From the NCBI GenBank assembly GCA_963835065.1, contig CAWIEK010000003.1:32001-96000 (forward strand): a stretch of DNA of 64,000 nucleotides, given 5' to 3'. The DNA is from an uncultured Chthonomonadaceae bacterium (GTDB lineage Bacteria > Armatimonadota > Chthonomonadetes > Chthonomonadales > Chthonomonadaceae). The first letter of the stretch is position 1. Each line of letters starts with the position of its first letter. Shown piece by piece: positions 9,386-19,019 of the stretch. The notes beneath the pieces were generated by a model. The model was not told the DNA's origin, did not search any database, and was given only the letters and a program-made list of their open reading frames with translations. The translations under genes were made by a program, and so were the position numbers.

Positions 9386-10450
9386 TTAACAGTCCTTACA
9401 AAGAACTTCCGGCGGCACGGACTGCAAACGGTTCATAATTTCCATGCGCTGTACGCGGGCAGGCGAACAGTCACACGTGGTGAACTTTGCCGCATCCCAC
9501 AAATCCGCGAACACGCGCCCGCGCTGCAGGCCGATGCCGTACTCCTGCGCGGCTTCCAGCGAACGAAGCGAGGGCGGGGCGTACAAGCCCGCGTTCGCCA
9601 ATACTTCCATTGCGCCGTTGCCGCCCCGCGTGGGTATCAGGGTACAGGCCGTCGCGCCCGCGTCAAAGGCCACCTCTAAGGAACGCTTTGCCCACTCCAA
9701 GCCTTCCGCTTCTCTCATATACGGCGGGCGCACGAGGAGAAAAACCCGCAAATCAATCCTGTTTGCCGCGAGAAGATCGGCGCTGCGCTGAAAATCCGCA
9801 ACGGTGAAGCGTTTGTTCAACGCCTGCAACACCTGCGGGTGTACGGTTTCCAGGCCAATCGCCACTTCCAACCGCCCCGCCAGTTGTTGATTGAAACGCA
9901 AACAGCGCTTGCCGATGAAAGCCGGGTGCGCTTCCACAATCACGCGCTCGAATGTGGAAACGGCGTGTGCAATATCGGTATCGTCTTCGGGCGGAATGGC
10001 CTGTGGGTCGAAGAAACTGCCCGCGTTGTACAATTTGATTTGCCGCGCCGGGGGCAGGCGTTCCAGCGCATAGCGTATCTGCGCTGTAATCGCCCCCGAT
10101 GGTACGCGCCTGTCCAGCGTGTTCTGCCACAAATCGCACATCAGGCAGCGATACGGGCACTCCTTGTTCGTCAGCAGCAGGGTAGAAGTCGGAACCATGT
10201 CGCCATCTGCCCCCCGCTCCTCTTCCGCAAAAAAGGCATACGGTACGAACGGGTCCAGCGCGTTCTTCAGCCCCCGCTGCGCTGCAATCCAGAAGGATGA
10301 AGGATGAAGGATGAAGGATGAAGGGATTGCCGATTTCCGATTTCCGATTTCCGATTGTGGATTGTGGATTGTGGATTGGATTTCTTCTGTTCCCTGTTCC
10401 CTGTTCCCTGTTCCCTTTCCTGTCTTCTCTTCTCCTACTTCATCCTTCAT
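9386..10450 (-). CDS. Radical SAM protein (RaSEA/TIGR01210-like or Elp3-like branch); N-terminal ~53 aa encoded by heptamer repeats
   Basis: CPYRCLMC (CxxxCxxC), IKLYNAGSFFD, LEVAIGLET, and C-terminal CDC...CKDC. Confidence 0.88.
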   Translation of the reverse strand: MKDEVGEEKTGKGTGNREQGTEEIQSTIHNPQSEIGNRKSAIPSSFILHPSSFWIAAQRGLKNALDPFVPYAFFAEEERGADGDMVPTSTLLLTNKECPYRCLMCDLWQNTLDRRVPSGAITAQIRYALERLPPARQIKLYNAGSFFDPQAIPPEDDTDIAHAVSTFERVIVEAHPAFIGKRCLRFNQQLAGRLEVAIGLETVHPQVLQALNKRFTVADFQRSADLLAANRIDLRVFLLVRPPYMREAEGLEWAKRSLEVAFDAGATACTLIPTRGGNGAMEVLANAGLYAPPSLRSLEAAQEYGIGLQRGRVFADLWDAAKFTTCDCSPARVQRMEIMNRLQSVPPEVLCKDC

Positions 10451-10463
10451 CCTTCATCCTTCA
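10292..10463. repeat. Composite heptamer tandem repeats (GAAGGAT)n (CCGATTT)n (GATTGTG)n (TGTTCCC)n (CTTCATC)n
   Basis: Read directly. The outer arms 10292-10324 and 10438-10463 are complementary. Confidence 0.92.
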
Positions 10464-11828
10464 TACGGCGTTGCCCGACAGCCGCTCCGATTCGGGGTTC
10501 CAGGCTTCGCGCAGGCGGTCTTCCCATTGGCGCAGAAAGACTTGCCGACACCATGCCTTGCTGACGCGCCAGCCGCGATAGGACTCGCCGCCCGCGCCGT
10601 CCTGAAAACGGCGTTTGGGATAAATCGGCATGTCCACGCCCGTTACGGCTTGAACGCCCGCGTGAACGACGGTGGACTTGAGCGTATACAGGCGTTCCAC
10701 GCTGCCGTTCAGCACGGTTTCAAAGGGGATGGCAAGCGCGTGGGCGATGACAGAGCGCAGGGTATAGGGCGAAAGCGCGTCAAAGCCGTAACGCCGCGCG
10801 GGCGCATACGTGCGGACATAAGCGCGGGACAGGCCACCCGAATACGTCAGGCTGTGCTTCATGTTTTCCACGCCCCAGCCCTCCTGATACAGCATGGGAT
10901 TGCGCAGGACGCTGGAAAGAGTCAGGTCGGAGTCTTCAAGTGGATACGATTTCAGGTTTTCATCGCCGCCGTCGCCGTCGAGCAGGTATTTCAGAGTCGG
11001 GTAACGCTCGCGGATGGCTTGCAGCAGGCACAGGGCAACGGCTGCGCACTCTACATCGAGCGGGTGATAATCTTCAATCACGCCAATTGCGGCTTCCAGA
11101 TCAACCTGTGAGGCGGGAACCTGTACGCGCTCCCATTGCGATTCCAGTCCCAACGCTTTCACAACCATTTCAGCCTGCTGCGCGTCCTTGCCGTTGCCCA
11201 GGTCAAGGGTGAAGGCGCGTAACAAACCTGGGTCGCGCCCCAATTCTTTCAGGGCGTGATGCGCCAGAATCAAAATGGATGTGCTGTCAATGCCTCCCGA
11301 AAACGCAAGCCCGATTGGTTCCCCGTCCGGCAAGCCTGCCAGCCAGTTCTTCAAGCCCGTGTAGGCCGCGCCGACATACGCCGCGCCTGCTTCCTCCAAA
11401 TCCGTTGTGCCCTGTGCGATGGGAGGCGTAAAAAAGCGGTGGTAGCGGGGCGCGGGGTCGGGGCAGCCGATCTGGTCAATTTCCACAAGATAGTGCGCGG
11501 GAACCATGCGCGTGTACATCGGATCGAATTGCCAGCCGATTTTTTGTTCCTGACACCACGCGAACAGGCTGTCTATGCGGTCGGAAACCAGCAGAAACGG
11601 CCCGTGAAACATCTTCGCCACAAAGTAGCGCAGGGGAACGCCGATGGTTCGCGCCAACCGGACAGTCTGCTCATTCCGCGCCGTCGCCGCAAAATGCCCG
11701 TCAGTTTGCGCCAGTTGGCAAATATCCGCCTCGCGTACAGCAGTGATTATAGCGTTCGGCGCGCAGGCCGTCACTCCCGAATAATGCAGGCCGGTCAAAT
11801 CCACAAGGCGTTCCACGCCCATGAGCAT
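10461..11828 (-). CDS. Asparagine synthase-related PP-loop ATP-dependent amide-forming enzyme
   Basis: AFSGGIDS PP-loop and LLDGDGGDE. No N-terminal catalytic Cys. SD AGGAGG before ATG 11828. Confidence 0.85.
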   Translation of the reverse strand: MLMGVERLVDLTGLHYSGVTACAPNAIITAVREADICQLAQTDGHFAATARNEQTVRLARTIGVPLRYFVAKMFHGPFLLVSDRIDSLFAWCQEQKIGWQFDPMYTRMVPAHYLVEIDQIGCPDPAPRYHRFFTPPIAQGTTDLEEAGAAYVGAAYTGLKNWLAGLPDGEPIGLAFSGGIDSTSILILAHHALKELGRDPGLLRAFTLDLGNGKDAQQAEMVVKALGLESQWERVQVPASQVDLEAAIGVIEDYHPLDVECAAVALCLLQAIRERYPTLKYLLDGDGGDENLKSYPLEDSDLTLSSVLRNPMLYQEGWGVENMKHSLTYSGGLSRAYVRTYAPARRYGFDALSPYTLRSVIAHALAIPFETVLNGSVERLYTLKSTVVHAGVQAVTGVDMPIYPKRRFQDGAGGESYRGWRVSKAWCRQVFLRQWEDRLREAWNPESERLSGNAV

Positions 11829-12042
11829 AACGCACCTCCTCAAACGTATTTCTGCTGTTCTATTCGGCAGGAACCTCCGCATTTCCTGCGAGGAGCCTGC
11901 CTGCAAGTTCCCATACGTGTTTACGCTTTGGAGAAGAGGAATATCAAGCGCGGATAGTGAATTCTTCGCGCAGAGAATCACGGAAGGGTGGTTTTGAAAC
12001 TTTGAGCAAGGGCGCTCGGTCACTTAGAGCAAGAGGTGTGTC

Positions 12043-13329
12043 ATGTCTGCTATGGTATCCAGTCCGAAGCGTCGTTTTGTGTTGTCCGGCCTGCGCCGCC
12101 CGCGCATCGGCCTGTCGTGGCGGGGTATGCTGCGCTTTCTGGCGTGGTGCAGCCTGCCGATGCTGTGGCTTGGCCTGATCGTGCGTCAGGCCGTCCGGCA
12201 TCGGCAGTTGTTTGAAGCCGTCGAAATCGGCAACAGCGCGCAGGTGCGGAATTTATTGCGCGGCGGAATGGATGCCAACACGGTTGTCAACACGCAGCAG
12301 ATAGGCAGTCAGCGCATGATGACAATGCTGTATTACTGGTACGCGCACTGGGCAGACCGGGATTCAGACAGCTACCAATCGCCCATCCTGACGTGCGCGG
12401 CGGAAAAAGGCAACCCGCAAATCGTCGCCATGCTGCTGGAAGCGGGCGCGCGGGTGAACGTCAAGGACGCGCAGGGGGAAACGCCCCTGCTTGCCGCTGC
12501 CTCAGAAGGCCGCGTCGAGGTCGCTGCCCTGCTGCTGGCGCATGGCGCGCATCCGAACGCCGCCGACAACGGGGGTTCCACGCCGCTGATGCAGGCCGCG
12601 CGTTTTCCTAAAATGCTCAAACTCCTGCTGGCGTATGGCGCGCAGGTGAATGTACGTAATCAGAGCAAGGAGACAGCGCTGTCTCTTGTTTGTTCGGGAG
12701 GTTCGCTGCCAAGCGTACGCCTGTTGGTGGAAGCGGGCGCTCTGGTGAATCCGCTGCGCTTGCGCGACGACGTGCCGCTTGGCAATGCGGCGCAAAAAGG
12801 CAATCTTAAGCTGACGCAGTATCTGCTGGAGCAGGGAGCCGATATAGAATGCGCGGACAAGGACGGCTATACGCCCCTGATGCAGGCGACCAATGCAGCC
12901 GTGTGGCGGCTGCTGCTGACGCATGGCGCAGACATCCATGTCGTGTCAAAGGACGGCTACACCCCTTTGATGATCGCCGCCGGTATGGAAGACCCCCGGC
13001 CCGTACAATGGCTGCTGAAGCGCGGCGTGAATCTGGAAGCGGTGGATTCGGACAAAGAAACCGCTTTGTTCTGGGCGGTAAGCAACAACACGCTGAAATG
13101 CGCGCAAAAACTGCTGGAAGCCGGCGCAAACGTCAACGCGCAAAACAAAGACGGCGACACGGTTTTGCTGAAGGCTGAATCGCAAAGCGATATGGCGTTG
13201 AGTCAATTGTTTCTCAAGTACGGCGCAAATCCCGCCCTGACCAACAAAGCCGGTCATTCCGCGCAGGCATGGGTTTCCACGCTGCCAAAGACGCCGATTG
13301 TTCCGGTTCCAAAGAGTGGAAGGGATTAA
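12043..13329 (+). CDS. Ankyrin repeat protein with N-terminal membrane anchor
   Basis: Multiple GxTPLxxAA...LLxxGAxxN repeats and a hydrophobic segment near the N-terminus. Confidence 0.92.
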   Translation: MSAMVSSPKRRFVLSGLRRPRIGLSWRGMLRFLAWCSLPMLWLGLIVRQAVRHRQLFEAVEIGNSAQVRNLLRGGMDANTVVNTQQIGSQRMMTMLYYWYAHWADRDSDSYQSPILTCAAEKGNPQIVAMLLEAGARVNVKDAQGETPLLAAASEGRVEVAALLLAHGAHPNAADNGGSTPLMQAARFPKMLKLLLAYGAQVNVRNQSKETALSLVCSGGSLPSVRLLVEAGALVNPLRLRDDVPLGNAAQKGNLKLTQYLLEQGADIECADKDGYTPLMQATNAAVWRLLLTHGADIHVVSKDGYTPLMIAAGMEDPRPVQWLLKRGVNLEAVDSDKETALFWAVSNNTLKCAQKLLEAGANVNAQNKDGDTVLLKAESQSDMALSQLFLKYGANPALTNKAGHSAQAWVSTLPKTPIVPVPKSGRD

Positions 13330-13334
13330 GCAGA

Positions 13335-14441
13335 ATGGCAAAAGAGAAGGCGCTGCAAACCCAATGGCTGCGCGTGGATGCGCAAACGCCGGATGTGGAC
13401 CTGATACGGGAAGCGGCGGAGATTTTACAGGATGGCGGATTGGTTGCCTTTCCAACGGAAACCGTGTACGGATTGGGCGCGAACGCTCTGGATGCGCAGG
13501 CGGTTGCGGGTATTTATGCCGCTAAGGGTCGTCCGTCCAACAATCCCTTGATTGTACATGTGGCGGACGTGGAAGGGGCGCAGGCGATTGTGAGCGCGTG
13601 GCCGGACATAGCCGCGCGCCTTGCCGAACGGTTCTGGCCCGGCCCGCTCACGTTGGTTCTGCCCAAAAATCCCGCGCTGCCGGACAATGTGACCGGCGGT
13701 GGGCCAACCATTGGCGTACGGGTTCCGGCGCATCCGGTGGCGCTTGCCTTGCTTCGCGCCGCCCAATTGCCGATTGCCGCGCCGAGCGCCAACCTATCGG
13801 AGCAATTATCGCCCACGCGAGCGGAACACGTTTGGGAGGGTTTGAACGGACGCATCCACGCGCTTTTGGATGGCGGGCCGACAACGGGCGGCCTGGAATC
13901 CACCGTATTGAACCTGACTACCAAATACCCGACTCTGCTGCGCCCCGGCCTGATTACGCCCGCCGAAATTGAAGCCGTTGTCGGCCCCATCAAGCGGCGG
14001 GCAGCCTCCGTTGCATCTACGGACGCATCCGTGCCCCTGACTTCGCCCGGTCAGCTTGCCCGCCATTATGCCCCCCGCGCCCCGCTGGAAATTGTTCGTT
14101 CGGGCAGCGGCAGAGCGCAGGAACTGGCTGCATTGGGTCAGCGCGTGGGCTGGCTGACAGCCGACCTGCCAATGACTGCGCGAGGAGCGGAGGTGCAGGA
14201 AATAATTGATACGACGAAAAAGTCGCTGCGCGTCTATGAACAAGCGCTGAACAACCTGCGCGAAAATCTGCATGTGGTGAAAATGCCGAACACGCCGGAA
14301 GCCTACGCCGCCGCGCTGTATGACCGCCTGCACGAATTAGATAATATGGGAGTAACGCGCATTGTCGTGGACGCTGTGCCGGAAACGGAAGCGTGGCTTG
14401 CCATTCGAGATCGCTTGCAGCGCGCGGCTGCCAAAGGGTAA
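13335..14441 (+). CDS. sua5: L-threonylcarbamoyladenylate synthase (Sua5/TsaC2)
   Basis: VAFPTETVYGLGA, KGRPSNNPLIVH, FWPGPLT, APSAN and SPGQLARHYAP motifs. Confidence 0.95.
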   Translation: MAKEKALQTQWLRVDAQTPDVDLIREAAEILQDGGLVAFPTETVYGLGANALDAQAVAGIYAAKGRPSNNPLIVHVADVEGAQAIVSAWPDIAARLAERFWPGPLTLVLPKNPALPDNVTGGGPTIGVRVPAHPVALALLRAAQLPIAAPSANLSEQLSPTRAEHVWEGLNGRIHALLDGGPTTGGLESTVLNLTTKYPTLLRPGLITPAEIEAVVGPIKRRAASVASTDASVPLTSPGQLARHYAPRAPLEIVRSGSGRAQELAALGQRVGWLTADLPMTARGAEVQEIIDTTKKSLRVYEQALNNLRENLHVVKMPNTPEAYAAALYDRLHELDNMGVTRIVVDAVPETEAWLAIRDRLQRAAAKG

Positions 14442-14453
14442 GGCTGAATCGCT

Positions 14454-14557
14454 TTTGTCTCGAACCATGATTTACCGGATTAACGGATTACCATGATGGA
14501 CGTATCTCCTCAATCATGATAATCCTGAAAATCCGGTAAATCATGGTTCGAGACAAA
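14454..14557. repeat. Long inverted repeat, third family (possible terminator or processing stem)
   Basis: 28-bp perfect arms TTTGTCTCGAACCATGATTTACCGGATT at 14454-14481 and 14530-14557. Confidence 0.9.
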
Positions 14558-14637
14558 TACGCCGGTTAGGGAAGGGATTACAGATTGTGGGATAGAATAC
14601 TCCATCAGTTCATTTGAGAATTATTAGGAGGCAGGAA

Positions 14638-15396
14638 ATGCGATTGTCAGGCAAGGTGGCGCTGATTACGGGGGCGGGCGGGGGCATTGGGCGCGAAACG
14701 GCGCAAACGTTTGCGCGGGAAGGCGCGTCTGTCGTGGTTGCCGATTTGAACGAACAGACGGCGCGCGAAACCGTTGCCTTGATTACGGACGCGGGCGGCA
14801 AAGCCGTGTTCGTACAGGCAGATGTGTCGCAGGAAGCGGATGTAGCCCGCATGTTCGACGTGGCAAAGCAGGCGTATGGCAAACTCAATATCCTGTTCAA
14901 CAACGCGGGGATCGTCAGGCAGGGGCGCGTGGAAGATTCCAGCCTGGAGGATTGGAACGAGCAGGTCGGAAGCACACTGACCAGCGTATTTCTGGGCTGT
15001 AAGTACGCCATTCCCCTGTTGCGAGAACAGGGCGGGGGCGTGATTATCAACATGGCTTCCGTTGCCGGCATGATGGGCATCGTGAACCGGGCCATTTATT
15101 CGGCGGTAAAGGGGGGCGTGATCGGCCTGACCCGCGCTGTTGCCTTAGACCACGCCACGGAGAAAATACGCTGCGTGTACCTCGCCCCCGCAACCATTGA
15201 AACCCCCTCCCTGACGGATCGCATCAACTCGTCGCCCGACCCCGAGAAAGCCCGTAAAGATTTCGAGGCGCGACAGCCGATTGGACGCCTGGGCAGGCCG
15301 GACGAAGTGGCTAACGCCGCGCTGTACCTGGCCTCCGACGAAGCGAGTTTCGTCACCGGCAGCGGCCTGGTGGTAGACGGCGGGATGGCGGTTTGA
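14638..15396 (+). CDS. Short-chain dehydrogenase/reductase (SDR)
   Basis: [17 protein letters not shown] (YxxxK) and [13 protein letters not shown] motifs. SD AGGAGG. Confidence 0.95.
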   Translation: MRLSGKVALITGAGGGIGRETAQTFAREGASVVVADLNEQTARETVALITDAGGKAVFVQADVSQEADVARMFDVAKQAYGKLNILFNNAGIVRQGRVEDSSLEDWNEQVGSTLTSVFLGCKYAIPLLREQGGGVIINMASVAGMMGIVNRAIYSAVKGGVIGLTRAVALDHATEKIRCVYLAPATIETPSLTDRINSSPDPEKARKDFEARQPIGRLGRPDEVANAALYLASDEASFVTGSGLVVDGGMAV

Positions 15397-15668
15397 GGAA
15401 AAGGATGAAGGATGAAGTGGTTAGCGCAAATTACTGCGGACGCGCGTAACAGGTACGAGATAAAAATTGTAGGCTGCAAGCGCTTGGTTCGCAGTGTCGC
15501 AACCTCGCAAATTTGCTGGAGTTAGATAAAATCGCGTAACCTTGCCTGCGTGTTTGCGTCTTTTAGGAATATCGCGGGAAGAGTATCTGAACAGTTTTCT
15601 TACTGCTTTGATACTGACGTTTTGCCACCGCGCCTCGCCGTTGAGGAACTACGACATAAGGAGTTTTT

Positions 15669-16565
15669 ATGTTCACTCACTTTCGACGCGGCTTTACCCT
15701 CATCGAATTGCTCGTCGTCATCGCCATTATCGCGATTCTTGCCGCCATTTTGTTTCCTGTCTTTGCGCAGGCGCGTCAGGCGGCGCGCGGCGCTTCCTCC
15801 CTGAGTAACATCAAGCAGCAGTCGCTTGGCATCACGATGTACACGCAGGATTATGACGAGACCTTCCCGATGGACTCGCATGTCACGACGAATGGCCCCT
15901 GGTGTCTGGGCGGCGGCTGTTCGGGCAATACCCTCGTGTCGCTGTGGGCGTATGACATTCAGCCCTACGTCAAAAACTACCCGATTCTTCAAGACCCACT
16001 TGCCGGTCAGCCCCTGTACCCCAACTTTTTCACCGGCAATCTGGGCGACTTCTTCTGGACGGCGGAAACGCACTACGGCTACAACTACACCGCGCTCAGT
16101 CCCATTGAGCCTGCCGGCTACAACGGTCCCACGCCCTGGCAGCGCACTCCCGCAACGCTTGCGACGATTGCGCGTCCCGCAGAACTCATCATGCTGACCG
16201 GGAAAGCGACCCTGCAGGAAGAGGGCTGGTGGTGGCAGGGGCCGGGAACCTTTTACTCCTATGGCACTGTGGAGCCGCCGGATTGCCGCGATATTCCTCC
16301 CGCCTGCTTCGACGGCTGGGGCATCGGTGGCTGGGGCGATTTCATTTATGCGCGTTATCCGCACATCACGGCGGAGTCCGGGCGCTATACGGGTACGGTA
16401 TCGTTTCGCAAGGGCAACTTCGGCACGTTCGCTTTTACGGACGGCCATGTTAAAATGCTGAACGCGGGGCAGGCGGCAAGCGGCACGAACTGGAACCCAA
16501 ACATTCAGGCGTCCGACCTTCACATTACCGACCCGACGCATTATATGTGGGCGACATCACCATGA
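15669..16565 (+). CDS. Prepilin-type N-terminal cleavage/methylation protein (DUF1559-like, H-X9-DG-like C-terminus)
   Basis: [43 protein letters not shown] and FTDGHVK. Confidence 0.92.
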   Translation: MFTHFRRGFTLIELLVVIAIIAILAAILFPVFAQARQAARGASSLSNIKQQSLGITMYTQDYDETFPMDSHVTTNGPWCLGGGCSGNTLVSLWAYDIQPYVKNYPILQDPLAGQPLYPNFFTGNLGDFFWTAETHYGYNYTALSPIEPAGYNGPTPWQRTPATLATIARPAELIMLTGKATLQEEGWWWQGPGTFYSYGTVEPPDCRDIPPACFDGWGIGGWGDFIYARYPHITAESGRYTGTVSFRKGNFGTFAFTDGHVKMLNAGQAASGTNWNPNIQASDLHITDPTHYMWATSP

Positions 16566-16873
16566 ACAACAACCATTTCTCCGGTATTGGCTTTGAATTA
16601 CCAGAGCGATTTCAGCGCGGCAAAGGCATACGGGAAGCCGGTTCCCTTCCCCGTCCGCCGCGCGCAGGTAAAATCGCTATCTGGCATCCGATTCTGCTTG
16701 GCCTGCTGATTGTTTTTGCCACCGGCTGCCATCGGGACGCGGAGCCGGCACTTGGGCCGACGAACCCAACTCCGCCGCCGACAAACATGCAGGGCGGGAA
16801 ACTTGGCCCCGCTATACAGGGCGGTCCCTCCGGCAATACGGCATCACCGGGTGGCGCAGCCCCAACAAAGTAA
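16562..16873 (+). CDS. Small Pro/Gly-rich putative lipoprotein
   Basis: ATGA overlap with the upstream stop, hydrophobic stretch with lipobox-like FATGC, and a low-complexity tail. Confidence 0.6.
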   Translation: MNNNHFSGIGFELPERFQRGKGIREAGSLPRPPRAGKIAIWHPILLGLLIVFATGCHRDAEPALGPTNPTPPPTNMQGGKLGPAIQGGPSGNTASPGGAAPTK

Positions 16874-16952
16874 CAAAGTTTTCAAGCAACGGAAGCTATT
16901 ATCAATCCCCTGCCTGCCGCGCAGGGGCTTGATAATTTGGAGCGTGTGCGCT

Positions 16953-18155
16953 ATGTCAACGACCCCTTACCCCATTACAGGCACGGAAATCCCGGAACTA
17001 TCCATCTTAGATGAGACAATGCTGCGCTTCATGACCGAACATAACGTGCCGGGAGCGGGGCTTGCCGTCACGCGCAATGGCCGGCTGGCGTATGCGCGCG
17101 GCTTCGGATGGGCCGACCTGCAAACGCTGAAGGCTGTTACGCCCGAAGCGCTGTTTCGCGTTGCCAGCGTTTCCAAACCCATAACGGCGGTGGCGATTAT
17201 GCGGCTCGTACAGGAAGGCAAATTGCGCCTGAGCGATGCGGTTTTCGATCTTTTAGCCGTCGCGCCGCACCTGGAGCCGGACACGGCTGCCGACCCGCGT
17301 TTGGCCGACATCACCGTGCAGCATCTGCTCAACCATACCGGGGGATGGGACCGGGGCGAGTCCGGCGACCCGATGTTCTTTTCGGTGAAGATTGCCGAAG
17401 CGCTTGGCGTGGCTGCCCCGGCGGAACCGGAACATATTCTACGCTGGATGAGCGGGCGTCCTTTGGATTTCGAGCCGGGGCAAAAATACGCTTATTCCAA
17501 TTATGGCTACTGCCTGCTCGGACGCATTATCGAGCAAGTGACCGGACGCGGCTATGAGGAGTATGTCCAAACCGAAATTCTGGCTCCGCTTGGCATTACC
17601 ACCATGCGGATCGGGAAAACGCAGGTCAGCGGGCGCAATGCGCAGGAAGTTATCTACTACCCCGTCACGAAACTGGCTCCGTCCGTTTTTCAGGCAATGC
17701 TCCACCAGAAGGTTCCGCATCCCTACGGCGCGTGGTATCTGGAAGCGATGGACTCGCACGGCGGCTGGATCGCCTCGGTTGGGGATATTGCGCGGTTTGC
17801 CACCGCCTTTTGGGATAAAGACTCTTGCCCCTTGCTGACGCGGGAAAGTATTGAAACCATGTTTGCCCGCCCGCCCGCGCCCGTTGGCAATGATGAGGAA
17901 GGCAATCCCAAACGGAGTTTTTATGCCTGCGGCTGGACGGTTGATCTGCCAAGTGAAGACGGCAAGCCGGAACAGCAGCATCACAACGGCATGCTGATGG
18001 GAACCGCCGCCGTCATGCGCCGCCGCGAGGACGGCCTCTGCTGGGCCGCCCTGTTCAACACCGCGCACGGGCAGGACGAGGTGTATCTTGGTGGCCCGAT
18101 TGCTGCCGCAATGGAGGAAGCGCTACAGCAGATAATTTCCATGAGATCAGAATGA
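16953..18155 (+). CDS. Serine hydrolase, beta-lactamase/AmpC-like family
   Basis: ASVSK (SxxK), LLNHTGG, YAYSNYGY and HNG motifs. Confidence 0.92.
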   Translation: MSTTPYPITGTEIPELSILDETMLRFMTEHNVPGAGLAVTRNGRLAYARGFGWADLQTLKAVTPEALFRVASVSKPITAVAIMRLVQEGKLRLSDAVFDLLAVAPHLEPDTAADPRLADITVQHLLNHTGGWDRGESGDPMFFSVKIAEALGVAAPAEPEHILRWMSGRPLDFEPGQKYAYSNYGYCLLGRIIEQVTGRGYEEYVQTEILAPLGITTMRIGKTQVSGRNAQEVIYYPVTKLAPSVFQAMLHQKVPHPYGAWYLEAMDSHGGWIASVGDIARFATAFWDKDSCPLLTRESIETMFARPPAPVGNDEEGNPKRSFYACGWTVDLPSEDGKPEQQHHNGMLMGTAAVMRRREDGLCWAALFNTAHGQDEVYLGGPIAAAMEEALQQIISMRSE

Positions 18156-18688
18156 ATTCACAGACAATCTACACAATCATGGACATGCGCAGCAACGTAA
18201 AGGTAAATGTCTGCTTTGAGACATTGACCGCAAGCGACAAAGAAATACTCAGAGGGGAGGATTGGCAGGCCGCGCGATTTAGCGCTGTCTGGAAGGAATT
18301 GGCGGAACGTGAAGTCGCGCTGAAGTTGACGCTCTGCGATAGAGATGAAAAACCTGTTCTTGGCCTCGTCCAAATTGGAACTGTGCAGCGAATCAACCTT
18401 GGTGAAATAATGTTACGCGACAGTTTACTTGAAACAGCTCCGGTACATCGGCATGGAACAGCGCAACGACACTACAAAGGAGTTGGACGGGTTTTGATAG
18501 CGCGGTTAGTTGTGGAAAGCAAGGTACAGGGCGCAGAAGGGCGCTTGCTGGTACGCCCGGTTCCGTCCAGTATTCCCTTCTACCCTAAATTGGGATTTCA
18601 AGAAGCGCGGATACCCTCTTATTTTCGACTGGCGGTTCGAGAAGCGGAAGCATTGTTGCAGGCATGTACGTTCCTGTCATCGGAGTGA
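18152..18688 (+). CDS. GNAT-fold acetyltransferase-like protein
   Basis: YKGVGRVLI (acetyl-CoA binding motif A) and SIPFYPKLGF (motif B). Confidence 0.7.
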   Translation: MNSQTIYTIMDMRSNVKVNVCFETLTASDKEILRGEDWQAARFSAVWKELAEREVALKLTLCDRDEKPVLGLVQIGTVQRINLGEIMLRDSLLETAPVHRHGTAQRHYKGVGRVLIARLVVESKVQGAEGRLLVRPVPSSIPFYPKLGFQEARIPSYFRLAVREAEALLQACTFLSSE

Positions 18689-18714
18689 AAGCTACAACAG
18701 CAAGGAAGAAAAGA

Positions 18715-18975
18715 ATGAGCAAGCAGCAAGATCAGGAGAGTGTGAGTCGGCTGGTTATTGAAGCCATAGACGCCGAGTTTGTTCGGGAAGGGTTGGAGCA
18801 AGGCGTCCCGGAAAACATCACTCGGCAGCATTTGGCGGAAAATCGTCAAATGCTAGACCGCTACGAGGAGTTGCTGGCCGCTGGCTATACCGAAGACCAG
18901 ATAGACATGTTATGGGAAGGCAAAACGCCGCAGGAAATACTTGCCGGAGTACGCGCGAACGGAGCCTCACCATAA
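18715..18975 (+). CDS. Small acidic helical hypothetical protein (antitoxin-like candidate)
   Basis: 86 aa, AAGGAAG SD-like sequence upstream, 26 nt after the GNAT gene. Confidence 0.6.
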   Translation: MSKQQDQESVSRLVIEAIDAEFVREGLEQGVPENITRQHLAENRQMLDRYEELLAAGYTEDQIDMLWEGKTPQEILAGVRANGASP

Positions 18976-19019
18976 GCGGGGAACTACTGAACAGGCCGCG
19001 TATTTGAAGTTAAAACCGG

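Noticed and set aside
10311..11111. Plus-strand ORFs starting MKDEG / MKGLP / MWIVD
   Set aside because: Translations of heptamer repeats running antisense to real genes.
11829..12023. Precursor peptide for a lasso/RiPP pathway near the AsnB-like gene
   Set aside because: No small ORF with SD and leader/core features, and no RRE or peptidase gene seen.
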